64,000 nucleotides of DNA from Nitrospirota bacterium (lineage in GTDB: Bacteria > Nitrospirota > UBA9217), in the NCBI GenBank assembly GCA_963663225.1, contig OY760142.1, forward strand, positions 2,432,001-2,496,000, in the 5' to 3' direction. Positions 62,444 through 64,000 of the stretch are shown one piece after another. Position 1 is the stretch's first letter. Every line of letters starts with the position of its first letter. The notes under the pieces are model-generated. The model was not told the DNA's origin, ran no database searches, and saw only the letters and a program-made list of their open reading frames with translations. The position numbers were made by a program, and so were the translations under genes.

Positions 62444-64000
62444 CTATATTTCTCGCTGTTTTAGCCTCTTCAGACCGGCTTTTATAGGCAAAAATACGGC
62501 CATACAATTGACAGCCAGAACGGCTGCAAAAGACAGGATGATTGTCACCCATCCGGAAAAAGAAATGTGTCCGCCAAGGGTTTGGGCTGTAAAGATGCGG
62601 TAAACCGGCCAGGATTCCAAGGCAATTACCAGCCCGATAAACAGCATCGTCAGCAGCATATAGACGATTCCTCCAAAGCCGGTGGGAATCTGTGCAACAT
62701 TCTCATGCTTGAATCTGGGGAATACCGCTCCGAGGCCGACCCCGAGAGCAACGATGCCGAATGTCATCATAAAAACAGTCGCGATGCCGAGATACTGCAT
62801 AAATGGCGTAACTTGCAGAAGCGTATTCGAGAGGACGATCAGAATTTCGGCCAGTGCGAGCAGGGGCAGCAGGCTGCTCCAGAACTTTGCCCAGAGAAAA
62901 TCTTCAAGTGCCAGAGGCGCTGAACGGATAATCCAGAATGAATCGCCTTCAAGGCTGACTGCCGGGAATACGAACCGTACTGCGACCGCAGAAGTAACAA
63001 AGCCGACCATTCCCAGGTTCAAAAACGATATCAGATTTTGCAGGAAAAAGCTCGGCATCGCCGCCCGTTCCAGAGGCAGCAGCTTGAAGCTGTAAATATA
63101 TACGATCATGAGTGCGAGCAGGAGAAATATCTGAGACCATTGAGAGGTGTCCCGGAAGAAAAGTTTTATATCCTTCAGCACGATGGCGCGTATTTTTCCT
63201 CGAAACGGGAACGTGATAACGTTAAAAAGAACATCAACGGTGCGTGAGCGGGAAATGGCGGCCTTTTTTCCTTCTTGGGAGCGCGACCAACCGGTATAAT
63301 AGATATTTTCGCAGATCCACTCGCCGATCACGGTTCCGGCAAGGGCGGTGCTCCAGAGCATGAGCAGATAGAATAGTGCTTCTCCGGCTGTCTTCCTCAG
63401 AAGCGGAGAGAGCGTTTCCGTGGCCCAGGTGCTCGGAAGAAGAGGGGAAACCGGTGTTCGCAGGGCGGTCAGATACTGGACCAGCGATGGAAACGTGTCG
63501 GGATCGACGAGTTTTTCCGGTTTAAGAATCCTGAAGAGGATGTACAGTGCCACAAAAAAGAGAAGCCCCAGAAGGACAATAATGTCCTTTGCTCTGCGGG
63601 CCGGAAAAGCATTGACGAGAAGCATGGTTACGATAATACCGATAGCCGCGGGAATCATCAAAAAAGGGACAAGCATCAGGACCAGGCCGAGGTAATATGC
63701 GAGTGAAGCCTTAAACACCGTACCATAAGCGATAAACACCGGCAGGCCGTAAATGAGCGTCATCCATGACGAGTCTATCATTGTTTCAAGGAATTTTGCG
63801 CGATAGATGCTGTCAATGTTGACTGGGCCCGCAAGCAGGATGTTCAACTCCTCCGAAAGGTAATACGTGGAAAGCGAGGCGACGATATTGCTGAAAAGAA
63901 GGATGGAAAAAAATGTCAGGAGAATCATGGAGAGCAGACGGAGGGCGAGCAGGTCTCCGAGGCCCTCGATGGTTCTGAAGTACATGAGCACCTTGTACGA
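62444..64000 (-). CDS. putative ABC exporter permease, 5' end outside the window
   Basis: Multi-pass membrane protein, KDIKLFFRD, RFVFPAVSLEG, SAP...AKF; reading frame appears open to the window edge. Confidence 0.8.
   Translation of the reverse strand, partial: SYKVLMYFRTIEGLGDLLALRLLSMILLTFFSILLFSNIVASLSTYYLSEELNILLAGPVNIDSIYRAKFLETMIDSSWMTLIYGLPVFIAYGTVFKASLAYYLGLVLMLVPFLMIPAAIGIIVTMLLVNAFPARRAKDIIVLLGLLFFVALYILFRILKPEKLVDPDTFPSLVQYLTALRTPVSPLLPSTWATETLSPLLRKTAGEALFYLLMLWSTALAGTVIGEWICENIYYTGWSRSQEGKKAAISRSRTVDVLFNVITFPFRGKIRAIVLKDIKLFFRDTSQWSQIFLLLALMIVYIYSFKLLPLERAAMPSFFLQNLISFLNLGMVGFVTSAVAVRFVFPAVSLEGDSFWIIRSAPLALEDFLWAKFWSSLLPLLALAEILIVLSNTLLQVTPFMQYLGIATVFMMTFGIVALGVGLGAVFPRFKHENVAQIPTGFGGIVYMLLTMLFIGLVIALESWPVYRIFTAQTLGGHISFSGWVTIILSFAAVLAVNCMAVFLPIKAGLKRLKQREI

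Overview
A 64-kb core-chromosome segment from a diderm bacterium. Gene content and order (mglC-aroQ-pepP-efp-accBC, a TIGR04442-like gene ahead of lptFG, NikR-NikMNQO) suggest Nitrospirota or Desulfobacterota, which is an inference. It holds about 57 CDS and one tRNA-Phe(GAA). I found no CRISPR array, IS element, prophage or rRNA. Housekeeping genes include hisS, eno, glgP, rib/nusB, purB/purF, aroQ, efp, accBC, thiE, queC, coaE, lptFG and smc. Most notable: (1) an unassigned, promoter- and terminator-bounded, highly structured ~180-nt RNA at 142-319 with alternative folds and a sequestered 19-codon sORF; (2) a complete RsbU/RsbW/RsbV-type partner-switch with no sigma factor nearby, sitting directly upstream of an MlaEFD (MCE) transporter, so the phosphorylatable STAS protein may act as a regulated MlaB; (3) a full-length phosphohexomutase with all four active-site motifs degenerate; (4) repeated leaderless promoters; (5) a NikR-controlled nickel module with an outer-membrane barrel, a His-rich NikO fusion and FmdE; (6) a TPR/disordered scaffold plus MglC as a two-gene unit; (7) an NRAMP-type Mg transporter with stand-alone MgtE and PhoU-like cytosolic domains. 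All calls come from reading motifs by eye; no database searches were run.
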